This document shows positions 19,034 to 29,587 of a stretch of DNA of 64,000 nt, in pieces. The stretch is taken from NCBI GenBank assembly GCA_013288325.1, contig JABDCB010000008.1, positions 1,620-65,619 of the forward strand. Reading direction: 5' to 3'. This stretch comes from Bacteroidota bacterium. Its GTDB lineage: Bacteria > Bacteroidota > Bacteroidia > Palsa-965. Made by a program: the position numbers and the translations under genes. The notes beneath the pieces are model-generated. The model was not told where the DNA came from, did not search any database, and was given only the letters and a program-made list of their open reading frames with translations. Each line of letters starts with the position of its first letter. Within the stretch, counting starts at the first letter, position 1.

Positions 19034-19945
19034 ATGAAGAACATTGTTGTAATCGGATCCGGAACTATGGGCAATGGAATTGCTCATGCATTTGCACAGG
19101 AAGGCTATGAAGTAGCAATGGTAGATATCTCTGCCGAGGCGCTTAATAAGGCAATGACTGTCATTGCAAAAAACCTGGATCGTCAGGTAGCAAAAGGAAC
19201 GATTGCTGAACAGGTAAAGGAAAAGACGTTGAAAAACATCAAAACCTTTATCAAGATAGAAGACGCCTGTCATAATGCAGATCTGGTAGTAGAGGCTGCC
19301 ACTGAAAACGTGGAACTCAAACTCAATATATTCCGCGAACTGGATAAAGTTTGCCCTCCCGAAACTATTCTTGCCAGCAATACATCTTCTATCTCCATCA
19401 CCCGTATAGCATCTGTAACTAAACGTCCCGCCAAAGTGATTGGAATGCACTTTATGAATCCGGTGCCATTGATGAAACTGGTTGAAATAATCCGTGGCTA
19501 TTCCACTTCTGATGAAGTTTGTGAAATGGTCATGGATCTTTCCCGTCAGCTGAATAAAGTACCGGTTGAAGTGAATGACTATCCGGGCTTTGTTGCCAAC
19601 CGGATCTTGATCCCGATGATAAACGAGGCCATTACCTCCTTACATGAAGGAGTGGCAGGAGTAGAAGAGATTGATACGGTGATGAAACTGGGAATGGCTC
19701 ATCCCATGGGACCGCTTCAGTTAGCTGATTTTATTGGTCTGGATGTTTGTCTGAGCATTATGAATGTATTGCACGATGGATTAGGCAATCCTAAATATGC
19801 TCCTTGTCCTTTGCTGGTCAATATGGTGGTAGCCGGACATCTGGGGGTAAAATCCGGAAAAGGGTTTTATCATTATACGCCGGGCAGCAAGGAACTTGTT
19901 GTAGCCGATCGTTTCAAAAAAAAAGCTGAAGCTGTTTTGAAATAA
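19034..19945 (+). CDS. 3-hydroxybutyryl-CoA / 3-hydroxyacyl-CoA dehydrogenase
   Basis: VIGSGTMGNGIAHAFA NAD fold and a 3HCDH N+C domain layout. About 303 aa from the ATG at 19034. Confidence 0.9.
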   Translation: MKNIVVIGSGTMGNGIAHAFAQEGYEVAMVDISAEALNKAMTVIAKNLDRQVAKGTIAEQVKEKTLKNIKTFIKIEDACHNADLVVEAATENVELKLNIFRELDKVCPPETILASNTSSISITRIASVTKRPAKVIGMHFMNPVPLMKLVEIIRGYSTSDEVCEMVMDLSRQLNKVPVEVNDYPGFVANRILIPMINEAITSLHEGVAGVEEIDTVMKLGMAHPMGPLQLADFIGLDVCLSIMNVLHDGLGNPKYAPCPLLVNMVVAGHLGVKSGKGFYHYTPGSKELVVADRFKKKAEAVLK

Positions 19946-19948
19946 TAC

Positions 19949-19968
19949 CAGGACTCAGATAAGTCCTG
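19949..19968. terminator. Short hairpin between convergent genes
   Basis: CAGGACT (19949-19955) / AGTCCTG (19962-19968) with a 6-nt loop. It overlaps the stop codon region of the minus-strand gene. Confidence 0.35.
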
Positions 19969-20578
19969 TTTCTACCAGAAAGATAGCCTGTTCAATCATT
20001 TTATCTTCTCCCTCCATATCGTATTTTGCTTTCAGATTGGTGCCGCATACCAGCGCCACACTTTGCCACATAAAAGCACTCAAGCCTCCCTTAAAACGTT
20101 TGATCAGATCGAGTGAGGTATGTCCTGTTTCCCGGTCCACCAATTTGATCAGGATACGCGCTTCTTCTACTGAATTTCCACGGAAGGCACTTTCAAATTC
20201 ATCTTTCAGTTCTTTCTCCACTTTATCCATATAGGCTTTCTTTGCTTTTTCCGACATGCCGGCAATCTGCTGATCACATTCCTTTACTTTGGCTCCTATC
20301 AGGATGGCATAAGGATATTCTTTTTTAACACGGCCCTTTATACGGTCCCACTGGGCATGTTGTTTTATATCCGGGAATTTGATATCACCGGTAATGTAAA
20401 CGTTGAAATAGTTAATGGTTACAAGGGTATCGGTTCCGTTGGAGCTAATCTTGACCATTTGGGAAGGCCATTTTTCTATATCTCCGATATCCAGGTTATA
20501 TTCCGGCTGTGGTACGTCCTGAGCAAATGAAGTCAGATACGATACACTGGTAATAAGAAAGAGAAGAATCTTTTTCAT
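19955..20578 (-). CDS. DUF4294-like secreted protein
   Basis: Signal peptide ending SFAQ. The EEARILIKLVDRETGHTSLDLIKRFKGG...NLKAKYD block matches my memory of the Bacteroidota DUF4294 family. This was not checked by search. Confidence 0.6.
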   Translation of the reverse strand: MKKILLFLITSVSYLTSFAQDVPQPEYNLDIGDIEKWPSQMVKISSNGTDTLVTINYFNVYITGDIKFPDIKQHAQWDRIKGRVKKEYPYAILIGAKVKECDQQIAGMSEKAKKAYMDKVEKELKDEFESAFRGNSVEEARILIKLVDRETGHTSLDLIKRFKGGLSAFMWQSVALVCGTNLKAKYDMEGEDKMIEQAIFLVETGLI

Positions 20579-20695
20579 GACAACAAGTATCGATGAAAAG
20601 CCTTGTTATCTATTAAACGAAGGCATTGCCAGAAAGTTGCCTGTAAAATTACAAATTATACAGCTAATTCTTAACAACCAGACATGCTTCCGCTA

Positions 20696-22174
20696 TTATC
20701 GGTTGGCTTTCCACCTTGATACAGGTTTCTGCCCTCCTGCTTCCGGCAGTTTGGTCCTGGCTTCATTACGCATCAGATAAGCGGCAAAAATGGCAGCTAT
20801 TTCCTCTTCTTTCTCCTCTGTTCTGGAAAGCATCTCCGGCTTAAAATAGCGGCTTATGAACCCGGTATCAAAGTGACCCGAGGTAAATGCTTCATGTTGA
20901 AGCACAAAACGACAAAATGGTAAGGTTGTTTCGGGTCCGCTGATCTGGAAATCATCAATGGCCCTGATCATACGATCAATGGCTTCTGCGCGGTCTTTAC
21001 CATAGGTGATCAGTTTGGCTATCATGGGATCATAATAAATAGGGATATCCATGCCTTCTTCAAACCCATCATCCACCCGTACGCCGGGTCCCTGAGGCCG
21101 GCGGTATGTACGTAAGTTACCGATATCCGGAAGGAATTGATTGGCGGGATCTTCCGCATAAACCCTTATCTCTATGGCATGTCCATGGATATGCAGATCT
21201 TCCTGACGAAAAGAAAGCTTCTCTCCCCTGGCTATCTTGATCTGTTCTTTTACCAGATCCATCCCGGTAATCATCTCCGTTACCGGATGCTCTACCTGCA
21301 AACGGGTATTCATCTCCAGAAAATAAAAATTGTGGTTTTCATCCAACAGAAACTCCACGGTACCTGCACCGCTATACTGGCAGGCTTTGGCTACATCTAC
21401 GGCACATGTTCCCATCCGCTTACGCAGTTCAGGAGTTAATACCGAAGAAGGGGCTTCTTCAATTACCTTTTGATGCCGGCGTTGGATGGAACATTCCCGT
21501 TCAAACAAATACACAATATTGCCGTGATTATCGCCCAATACCTGTATCTCTATATGCCGTGGTCCTGCCACATAACGCTCAATAAAAACAGCTCCGTCTC
21601 CAAAAGCCGAAGTAGCTTCACTCACAGCCAGTTTCATCTGCTCTTCAAAATCATCCATCTTTTCCACAATCCTCATTCCCTTACCACCACCGCCTGCACT
21701 TGCTTTGATCAGCAAAGGAAACCCGGTTGCCGCAGCAATCCTTTTTCCCTCTTCCACACTGCTGATAGCTCCTTCCGAACCCGGCACCATGGGGATATTA
21801 TATTTTTTTGCTGCTGCTTTGGCTGATAATTTATCACCCATCATATCCATCGCTTCGGGCGAGGGGCCTATAAAAATAAGTCCGGCCTCTTTTACCCGTT
21901 GTGCGAATTCAGAATTCTCGGACAAAAAACCGTATCCCGGATGAATACCTTCAGCACCGGTAGTTTTACATACTTCAATTATTTTATCCATCAGCAGATA
22001 ACTCTGATTGGAAGGAGCAGGGCCTATACATACCGCCTCATCGGCATAACGAACAAAGGGGGCAGAACGATCGGCTTCTGAAAAAACTGCGACGGTAGCT
22101 ATTCCCATTTCTTTGCAGGAGCGCATCACCCGTAAGGCAATTTCTCCGCGGTTGGCAATTAATATCTTCTTCAT
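20696..22174 (-). CDS. accC: Biotin carboxylase subunit of an acyl-CoA carboxylase
   Basis: ATP-grasp domain with the KASAGGGGKGMR loop and EMNTRLQVEHPVTE. 492 aa. No BCCP or carboxyltransferase gene is adjacent. Confidence 0.95.
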   Translation of the reverse strand: MKKILIANRGEIALRVMRSCKEMGIATVAVFSEADRSAPFVRYADEAVCIGPAPSNQSYLLMDKIIEVCKTTGAEGIHPGYGFLSENSEFAQRVKEAGLIFIGPSPEAMDMMGDKLSAKAAAKKYNIPMVPGSEGAISSVEEGKRIAAATGFPLLIKASAGGGGKGMRIVEKMDDFEEQMKLAVSEATSAFGDGAVFIERYVAGPRHIEIQVLGDNHGNIVYLFERECSIQRRHQKVIEEAPSSVLTPELRKRMGTCAVDVAKACQYSGAGTVEFLLDENHNFYFLEMNTRLQVEHPVTEMITGMDLVKEQIKIARGEKLSFRQEDLHIHGHAIEIRVYAEDPANQFLPDIGNLRTYRRPQGPGVRVDDGFEEGMDIPIYYDPMIAKLITYGKDRAEAIDRMIRAIDDFQISGPETTLPFCRFVLQHEAFTSGHFDTGFISRYFKPEMLSRTEEKEEEIAAIFAAYLMRNEARTKLPEAGGQKPVSRWKANR

Positions 22175-22332
22175 GCTGGAATTTATCGAACGAATGTACT
22201 GAATTCCTTCTCAGTTGATTCCCCTTCCCGTGTTTTTTTATCTACCGCCTGCAAGCCCATGATACCGCTCATCATTCTGCCTGTGAGCCGGCATTTAATT
22301 TGAGTATCTTGGCCTTATAATTAATGATAACC

Positions 22333-24378
22333 ATGAAGAAAATCTTTATCCAATCAGCCGTCATTGTGAGCCTTGCAGGCCTTTGTCTGGCTATGACCCG
22401 ATTTACTCCCGCAGGTGGAATTAAAGGTGTTGACCTTTCTAATTTTGACAATACTATCAGTCCCCGGACTGATTTTTACACCTATGTAAATGGTACCTGG
22501 GTTAAAAAGAATCCAATTCCTGCATCGGAAGCCAGTTGGGGAAGTTTTAATGAGCTGAACGACCGCAATCAGGCTAATCTGCATCACCTGCTTGATGATG
22601 CACTGGCCAATACGTCTGCTCCTGCTGGAAGCCCTGCACAGATGGTACGCGATTTTTATGCTATGGGAATGGATACGGTGAAACTGGAAAAAGAAGGAAT
22701 CACTCCCCTGAATGATGAATTCAAAAAAATCAGTGATATGAAGACTCCGGCAGATATCACTCCTCTTCTGGCCCACGAAGGCGAGATAGGAATGGATCCG
22801 CTTTTTGCTTTTGATGTAAGTCAGGATATGAAAGACAGCAAAACCTATGCTGTATACTTATTTCAAAGCGGCACTGGTTTGCCTGAAAAAGATTATTACC
22901 TGGGTGATGAGCCTATGCTGAAAGAGATCAGACAAAAATATGTCGATCATATGGCGAAAACGTTTGTGCTTTTGGGCGACAAAAATGATGCGGCCCAGAA
23001 CGAAGCTAAAGCTGTTATGGCTATTGAAACTGAACTGGCAAAGCATTCGATGGCTGCCGTAGAACTGCGTAACATCAATGCCATGTACAATAAAATGACT
23101 GTACAGGAGGTGAAAGATATGACACCGAATATCAACTGGACCGCTTATTTCAAGGTAACTGGTATTGTGGAACCGAAAGAACTGATTGTAGCTCAGCCCG
23201 ATTTCATGAAAAGTGTAAATGCAATGCTTACTTCCGTGAGCATGGACGACTGGAAAGCTTATTTCCGCTGGCACCTGATCAGCAATACAGCAGGCAAGCT
23301 TAACAAAGCCCTTGCCGACGAACATTTCGCTTTTTATGGTACCGTACTTACCGGTGTTAAAGAACAGAAAGTGCGTTGGAAGAGAATTTTGGAACAAACA
23401 GACCGTTCAGTGGGCGATGCCCTTGGACAATTGTATGTGGCCAAATATTTTACTGCCGACTCCAAAAAACGGGTGAATGAAATGGTAGGCAACCTGATCA
23501 CTGCTTACCGTGAACGTATCCAATCCAGAGACTGGATGACAGAGGATACCAAGAAGATGGCCCTTACCAAACTGGATAAAATAACACGTAAGCTGGGATA
23601 TACCGACAAATGGAAAGATTATTCAACCCTCTCCATTAAACGCGACTCTTATCTGGCCAATTTTTTACGTTGCAATGAATATGAGTCTAAACGGAATGTT
23701 GCCAAATACGGGCAACCGGTGGATCATACGGAATGGGGTATGACTCCTTCTACCATCAATGCTTATTACAATCCTACTATGAATGAAATTGTATTTCCGG
23801 CGGGCATTATGCAACCTCCGTTCTTTAACCCCGATGCCGATGATGCCGTAAATTACGGAGCCATGGGATCGGTGATAGGCCATGAAATAACCCACGGGTT
23901 TGATGATGAAGGTTCACAGTTTGATGCCGACGGAAATCTGAAAAACTGGTGGACAGATGATGACAAAAAGAAATTCGAAGCAAAGACTAAAATCCTGGTA
24001 AATCAGTTTAACCAGTATGTGGTTGTTGATTCGGCTCATGTAAACGGAGAACTCACATTAGGTGAAAACATTGCCGATCTGGGTGGTCTTACTATTGCCT
24101 ATTATGCCTTTCAACATTCCCTGCAAGGAAAACCGACACCGGCAAAAATAGACGGCTTTACTGCCGAACAACGTTTCTTTATCAGCTGGGCTCAGGGATG
24201 GAGAACCAATATGCGTCCGGAGTATATCAAACAGATGATCAAGACAAATAACCACGCACCGGCTATGACTCGTGTTATAGGGCCCCTAAGCAATATGAAA
24301 GAGTTTTATGCTGCTTTTGGTGTTAAAGAAGGCGATAAGATGTGGAGAAAACCTGCTGACCGCGCCGAGATCTGGTAA
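22333..24378 (+). CDS. M13 family zinc metallopeptidase (PepO/endothelin-converting-enzyme-like)
   Basis: HEITHGFDD, NAYYNP and GENIADLGG motifs. The signal peptide starts at MKKIF (ATG 22333). Confidence 0.9.
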   Translation: MKKIFIQSAVIVSLAGLCLAMTRFTPAGGIKGVDLSNFDNTISPRTDFYTYVNGTWVKKNPIPASEASWGSFNELNDRNQANLHHLLDDALANTSAPAGSPAQMVRDFYAMGMDTVKLEKEGITPLNDEFKKISDMKTPADITPLLAHEGEIGMDPLFAFDVSQDMKDSKTYAVYLFQSGTGLPEKDYYLGDEPMLKEIRQKYVDHMAKTFVLLGDKNDAAQNEAKAVMAIETELAKHSMAAVELRNINAMYNKMTVQEVKDMTPNINWTAYFKVTGIVEPKELIVAQPDFMKSVNAMLTSVSMDDWKAYFRWHLISNTAGKLNKALADEHFAFYGTVLTGVKEQKVRWKRILEQTDRSVGDALGQLYVAKYFTADSKKRVNEMVGNLITAYRERIQSRDWMTEDTKKMALTKLDKITRKLGYTDKWKDYSTLSIKRDSYLANFLRCNEYESKRNVAKYGQPVDHTEWGMTPSTINAYYNPTMNEIVFPAGIMQPPFFNPDADDAVNYGAMGSVIGHEITHGFDDEGSQFDADGNLKNWWTDDDKKKFEAKTKILVNQFNQYVVVDSAHVNGELTLGENIADLGGLTIAYYAFQHSLQGKPTPAKIDGFTAEQRFFISWAQGWRTNMRPEYIKQMIKTNNHAPAMTRVIGPLSNMKEFYAAFGVKEGDKMWRKPADRAEIW

Positions 24379-24406
24379 ACCGAATCTATTTGTAATCTGT
24401 TAAAAG

Positions 24407-24492
24407 GAACGCAGATTATTATGATCACGATGATTTGTTATGATAGCGTTTAAAAATCATAACGATCTTAACAATCATAATAATCTGCGTTC
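24407..24492. terminator. Long nested hairpin between convergent genes (19-bp perfect outer stem)
   Basis: GAACGCAGATTATTATGAT (24407-24425) pairs with ATCATAATAATCTGCGTTC (24474-24492). The inner stem is GTTATGAT / ATCATAAC. Confidence 0.6.
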
Positions 24493-24495
24493 TAT

Positions 24496-24756
24496 TTAGT
24501 CTTGTTCCTGAGGTTTTATTTTTTGTCTTATCCCAATATATTCCTCTTCTGTAATCACTAGCCAGTTCTCTTCAAAAGCAAAAGTCATATCGTAGATAAA
24601 GTTCCGGTCGGGAAGGATTTTTGCTTTGAATTGATGTAGGGTATACTGTCCACCCAGTATCTGTATCTCTTCAAATTCTTCGGCAGAGTTGATCCGAAAA
24701 AAGCTTTTGTTATTGTTATATTTCCGGTATTGAGGATAAGAAACCGTTTCTTTCAT
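24496..24756 (-). CDS. Hypothetical small protein (86 aa)
   Basis: ORF with a likely start at MKETVSY. I recognise no family. It is divergent from the AddB-like gene. Confidence 0.45.
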   Translation of the reverse strand: MKETVSYPQYRKYNNNKSFFRINSAEEFEEIQILGGQYTLHQFKAKILPDRNFIYDMTFAFEENWLVITEEEYIGIRQKIKPQEQD

Positions 24757-24823
24757 TCTGCAAAAATAGAGAAAGAGAGAGGATATTGTATTTTTGCTGC
24801 GAAACAACGTTTATACTTAAAGC

Positions 24824-27664
24824 TTGCGACCTTTTCTCAAAAGTCTGGCTCATGAAATCTGGAACCGCTATCAACCGGATCCGGGTCAGGTATGCGTTGT
24901 TCTTCCCAACCGCCGGGGTGCATTATTTCTGAAAGAATACCTCTCCGAAATAGCAGGCAAAACTATCTTTTCTCCTGAAATCTATTCTACCGAAGATTTT
25001 ATCAGCAAGCTAAGCGGTTTGCAGATTATCGATCAGACGGAAATGCTTTTTGCACTCTACACTGTTTATACGGAAGCACTGCAGGATACCGCCGATAGTT
25101 TTGATGTATTCAGCAAATGGGCTCCTGCCCTGCTTACCGATTTCAATGAAGTGGATCGATACCTGGTTGATGCCCGTCAGCTATTTGTAAATCTGAGCAG
25201 CATACGCGAAATAGAGAACTGGAGCCTTAACGGGCCTTCGCTTACCGAATTCCAGCAAAAACATATTCTCTTTTGGGATTCCATCGGTGTTTTTTATCAT
25301 CGCCTCCGTTCCCGCATGGAACAGGAAGGAAAAGCCTGGCAGGGACTTGCTTACCGCTATGTAGCAGACCACCTGGATGATCTTATAGAACAACAGCACT
25401 GGCAAAAAATATTTTTCGCCGGGTTCAATGCACTTAACGGTGCCGAGGAAAAAATATTCACCGGCCTGTACAGAGCCGGTAAAGCAGAATTGTATTGGGA
25501 CACGGATACATATTACCTCAACGATCCGGAGCAGGAAGCAGGCAAATTTTTACGTTCTTTCAAAAGCAATCATTATGAAAATGAAAAAAAGTTTCATTGG
25601 ATAGATAACTCCTTGCTTACCGATACCAAACAGCTTCATATGATCGGAGCTGCAAGAAACATAAGCCAGGCAAAAATTGCCGGTGATATTCTCAAAGAAA
25701 TGTACAGAGAAGATCCCCGTTTGCGATCCACTGCCCTGGTGCTTGCCGATGAAAACCTGCTGTTCCCGATCCTTCACAGCATACCTCCTGAAATTCAAGG
25801 AATCAATGTAACCATGGGCTATCCTTTGAAAAGCACCCCCATGGCTTCGCTTTTCCGGCTTTGCTTCCGCTTGCATGTGAATGCCGCCAAATTCAGCAAG
25901 GGCAGAAAAGGAAGCAAACGGTTTTATCATTACGATCTGACAGCCTTACTGCGACACCCGTATATACAAGAGATCTTTTTTCGCAGCGATATGCCGGAAG
26001 CCCTTTGCCGCTATCTGGTAAGCAATAACATCATTTTTGCAGGCTATGCGCAACTGGAAAAATTCTGTCTGGGCCGCTTTCCTGAAACATGGCCAATTCT
26101 CCAACCTTTGCTGGGCGATTGGGAATCCATCCCCACCTGCTTCTCGGCTCTTCAGCATTTGGTAGATACCCTGCGTACCGCTTTCACACCAAAAACAACC
26201 ACAGGGCAGACGCAGAAAAACAGACCGGTGGAGATGGAATGGCTTTTCCAGTTCAACAGCTTTCTGAAACGGCTTGAATCCCTTTGTTTTGCCTACCCTC
26301 ATGTAAGCGAGCTGAAAACATTACAGGCCTTGTTCATGCAGCTGGCTGACACCTCCTCCATTCCTTTTTACGGAGAGCCCCTCTCCGGCTTGCAGGTTAT
26401 GGGGATGCTTGAAACACGTACGCTTGACTTTGAACGGATTGTGCTGGTATCAGCTAATGAACATATTCTGCCCGGGAGCAAAATCCAAAACAGCTTTATT
26501 CCCCACGATCTGAAAAAATTATTCGGCTTGCCCTTATACAGTGATAAGGATGCGGTATTTGCATATCACTTTTTCAGGTTACTGCAACGTGCCAAAGAAG
26601 TTCATCTCATTTACAATACCGAATCCGATACGTTTGGCGAAGGAGAAAAAAGCCGTTATCTCACGCAGGTTTTGAATGAACTGGTTCGTGCCAACCCCAA
26701 TATTAAAGTAACCGAGTCCCTGCTCGATCTGCCTTATGAAAATGAAGAGGCTACACCCATAACCATTGTCAAGAGCCCGGAAGTGATGGAGCGGCTGACT
26801 AAGCTGGCCGAAAAGGGCCTTTCCCCTACTCTGCTCAATACCTATCGCAACTGTTCCCTGCGTTTTTATCTTCGTTATCTGGCCCGGATACATGAAGCCG
26901 AAGAGGTAGAAGAAGAAATCGGCGCCGATACGCTGGGAACCGTTATTCATGATATACTTGAAAAACTGTATCAACCTACTGCAGGAGAAAATCTGCTTCC
27001 TGCTCAGCTTAAGGAAATGAAAAAAGGGTTGGAAGCGAAGGTTAGAGAGGCCTTTGCATTGCATTTTCCCGATGAAGCCATCAACAGCGGAAAAAACTTT
27101 CTGGCTTTCCGCATTGCCCTGCGCTTTCTTGAATCGTTTCTGAATACCGAAATCAGTTTTCTGGAAAGAGGTCATACGCTCATGATCCATGAGCTGGAAA
27201 AGGAAATGAAGGCACAGTTGCAGACCGGAGACATTCAGGTTACGATAGCAGGAAAAGTGGACCGTATTGACCGGGATGAGAAAACAGTCCGCATTATAGA
27301 TTATAAAACAGGCAAGGCCGACCGGCCCGAGTTACATGTTAAAGAATGGGAGCAGTTGTTAGCAGATCATCGTCTCAACAAAAGCTTCCAGCTATTGTGT
27401 TATGCCTGGCTGTATCAAAAAACAGAAGAGCCAACAGAAGGAATCGTTTCGGCCATCATCAGTTTCCGTCAACTGAAAGCCGGTATCAAACCTGTTATTA
27501 CACCGGGTGATATGGTTACGCTGGGTAAAGATCAGATGCAAGCATTCGATGGGATATTACAACAACTGATCCGGGATATGTTTGATACGGAAAAACAATT
27601 TGTGCAAACTGCCGAACGTGATATATGCGAATACTGCGAATTCAGATCTTTCTGTTCCCGTTAA
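24824..27664 (+). CDS. PD-(D/E)XK nuclease family protein, AddB/RecB-exonuclease-like
   Basis: 946 aa. The C-terminal nuclease core is GKVDRIDRD...IIDYKTGK...QLLCYAW. A Cas4/AddB-type Cys cluster is present (NCSLRF ... CEYCEFRSFC). The N-terminal helicase-like region is degenerate. TTG start. Confidence 0.8.
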   Translation: MRPFLKSLAHEIWNRYQPDPGQVCVVLPNRRGALFLKEYLSEIAGKTIFSPEIYSTEDFISKLSGLQIIDQTEMLFALYTVYTEALQDTADSFDVFSKWAPALLTDFNEVDRYLVDARQLFVNLSSIREIENWSLNGPSLTEFQQKHILFWDSIGVFYHRLRSRMEQEGKAWQGLAYRYVADHLDDLIEQQHWQKIFFAGFNALNGAEEKIFTGLYRAGKAELYWDTDTYYLNDPEQEAGKFLRSFKSNHYENEKKFHWIDNSLLTDTKQLHMIGAARNISQAKIAGDILKEMYREDPRLRSTALVLADENLLFPILHSIPPEIQGINVTMGYPLKSTPMASLFRLCFRLHVNAAKFSKGRKGSKRFYHYDLTALLRHPYIQEIFFRSDMPEALCRYLVSNNIIFAGYAQLEKFCLGRFPETWPILQPLLGDWESIPTCFSALQHLVDTLRTAFTPKTTTGQTQKNRPVEMEWLFQFNSFLKRLESLCFAYPHVSELKTLQALFMQLADTSSIPFYGEPLSGLQVMGMLETRTLDFERIVLVSANEHILPGSKIQNSFIPHDLKKLFGLPLYSDKDAVFAYHFFRLLQRAKEVHLIYNTESDTFGEGEKSRYLTQVLNELVRANPNIKVTESLLDLPYENEEATPITIVKSPEVMERLTKLAEKGLSPTLLNTYRNCSLRFYLRYLARIHEAEEVEEEIGADTLGTVIHDILEKLYQPTAGENLLPAQLKEMKKGLEAKVREAFALHFPDEAINSGKNFLAFRIALRFLESFLNTEISFLERGHTLMIHELEKEMKAQLQTGDIQVTIAGKVDRIDRDEKTVRIIDYKTGKADRPELHVKEWEQLLADHRLNKSFQLLCYAWLYQKTEEPTEGIVSAIISFRQLKAGIKPVITPGDMVTLGKDQMQAFDGILQQLIRDMFDTEKQFVQTAERDICEYCEFRSFCSR

Positions 27665-27667
27665 AAC

Positions 27668-29419
27668 TTAGCGTAATCCGGCCATCTTTCTGAATTCATC
27701 TACCGACATTTTATTGGGATCCACTTCATTTACTTTAAACTCCGGCAACACTTTATTTTTCTCTGTATCGTCGCGGAAACTTTTCTGATCCGACCAGGCC
27801 ACCAAACCATCTTCCTTGATGGTGATGAGTATATTCTCGGAGCCGGGGCTATAAGCAATTTTAGCCGGCGAATATCCCATATAACCATCATAACGCAGCA
27901 CTCCGTTTATCCTGTTATCGATGATATAGGTAGCCTTTGTTTTTACTGCACTTCCGTCTTCTTTGCTATACCGGGCCTTCGCCACCACCGGATCGGTAAG
28001 CCTTTGTATCTGATCGCAATTAAATACCCCCATCCCGTCCAGTTGCAGACTGCGGATAATGGCACCTTCGCTGGCAGCGGAGGCCATTATATTTTTCTTT
28101 TCATCGATTAAAAACGAATCACAATGCTGTTTCCAGAGCTCAAATGTCATCGGTTTTTCATGATCCGACATCTTTCCTTTAATCGATGCCCAGTATTTTT
28201 CTTCCGGCACATATCTTTTGGCATTGGCCTTCTTATCCTTGGCAAGCATTTGGTTGAATTTCATTTCCCGCATATTCAGTGCTCTTGCATACGCTTTTCT
28301 GTTTGCGTTTGTATTACCTGCAGGGTGCTCTTTTTTTCCCAGCTGTTTTGAATTTACCGGATAGGCGTTCATGGTAACAAATCCCTCTTCCGATTTTAAC
28401 GTAATGGCATAGCCTTCTCCGGTCTGTTCTACCCGGATATCACTAAAAACCTTCTTATAGCTGTATTTGGCCCTGAAGGATGATGTACTTTCCTTGTCGG
28501 TAAGCACCCATTTCATGCCTCCGAAGGCTGCCATTTCGGGAAACTCCTTTGAGGAAAGTTTCATTTTAAACGCTATTTCTTTCTTTTTCCCCGAAGCCAC
28601 ACGCGTTAACCGGATCAGGCTTTTAAATTCGCCTTTGTCCTGGTAATCGGTATAATCACCTTCCGAATTTCTTTTTTGTCCGGAAGCCAAAGTGGTATAG
28701 AAATAATCGGGATCGGCAAAACGGTTTTCAAAACCTACCGTATCAAACAAATTCAAACTGGCCAGCCTTTGTTTATAGTCCAGATAATCCTGTACCGCAC
28801 CTGAATAGCGAATCGTCTGCGTTTCGGCTACTTCTATACGGGGAACATCCGTTTTCCCTTTGTTTACCCAGGTCCCCTGGTTTTCATCCAGCACATAAAA
28901 ATTATAAGCGGTGCTGGCATTGGTAGAAGCAAAATCCATTTTAACGGGTTTGTCTTTGGCAAGATATACCTGATGTCCTTCCTGAGAGGCTGTAATTTCA
29001 AACATTCCAGCAGATTCGAAAAGATGGGTAGCTCCTCCCGAATCGTAGGTCATGGGAATGCCGCTGAAAAGAAAATCTGCCGGGCTGCGAAATTCGCGGT
29101 AATCGATCTGTACATTACCTTGTACGGGCTCGCCGGTTTCATAAACAAATGCCTGAGCTGGCACATAAATCCTGGTGCCTGTTTTATAGCTCAGCATACC
29201 CCCTTCATCAGCGCTCACATAATAAATATCTCTTGGTTTATCCCACCCATAAACCGGAGGTTGTATTAATTTATTTGGCAGATAAAACGGCTGACGAACC
29301 GCGAATTCATCATGAATCCCTGGCCTATCCAGCAAGGGATCTCCGCCCTGCTGCGCCTGCATGGCAGCACAAAGAATAAGAAACAGCAGCATTGAAAATA
29401 AAGGGGCCTGTGTTTTCAT
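27668..29419 (-). CDS. Hypothetical secreted protein (583 aa)
   Basis: The signal peptide MKTQAPLFSMLLFLILCAAMQAQ starts at ATG 29419. I recognise no family motif. Confidence 0.7.
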   Translation of the reverse strand: MKTQAPLFSMLLFLILCAAMQAQQGGDPLLDRPGIHDEFAVRQPFYLPNKLIQPPVYGWDKPRDIYYVSADEGGMLSYKTGTRIYVPAQAFVYETGEPVQGNVQIDYREFRSPADFLFSGIPMTYDSGGATHLFESAGMFEITASQEGHQVYLAKDKPVKMDFASTNASTAYNFYVLDENQGTWVNKGKTDVPRIEVAETQTIRYSGAVQDYLDYKQRLASLNLFDTVGFENRFADPDYFYTTLASGQKRNSEGDYTDYQDKGEFKSLIRLTRVASGKKKEIAFKMKLSSKEFPEMAAFGGMKWVLTDKESTSSFRAKYSYKKVFSDIRVEQTGEGYAITLKSEEGFVTMNAYPVNSKQLGKKEHPAGNTNANRKAYARALNMREMKFNQMLAKDKKANAKRYVPEEKYWASIKGKMSDHEKPMTFELWKQHCDSFLIDEKKNIMASAASEGAIIRSLQLDGMGVFNCDQIQRLTDPVVAKARYSKEDGSAVKTKATYIIDNRINGVLRYDGYMGYSPAKIAYSPGSENILITIKEDGLVAWSDQKSFRDDTEKNKVLPEFKVNEVDPNKMSVDEFRKMAGLR

Positions 29420-29587
29420 GATTGCGTTTTTTGGGGTGGATGAAATCCGCTCTTCTGCATCTATAATCATACAGACGCAAAAAAGATACAGGGTTGCCTG
29501 ACCCGTTAAAATAAAACGCAAAGAGAGGTGAAAAGGAAGCTGCAGGAAGAATGTTATTCAGTGCTAACCCTTACTTGATTTCAGCAA

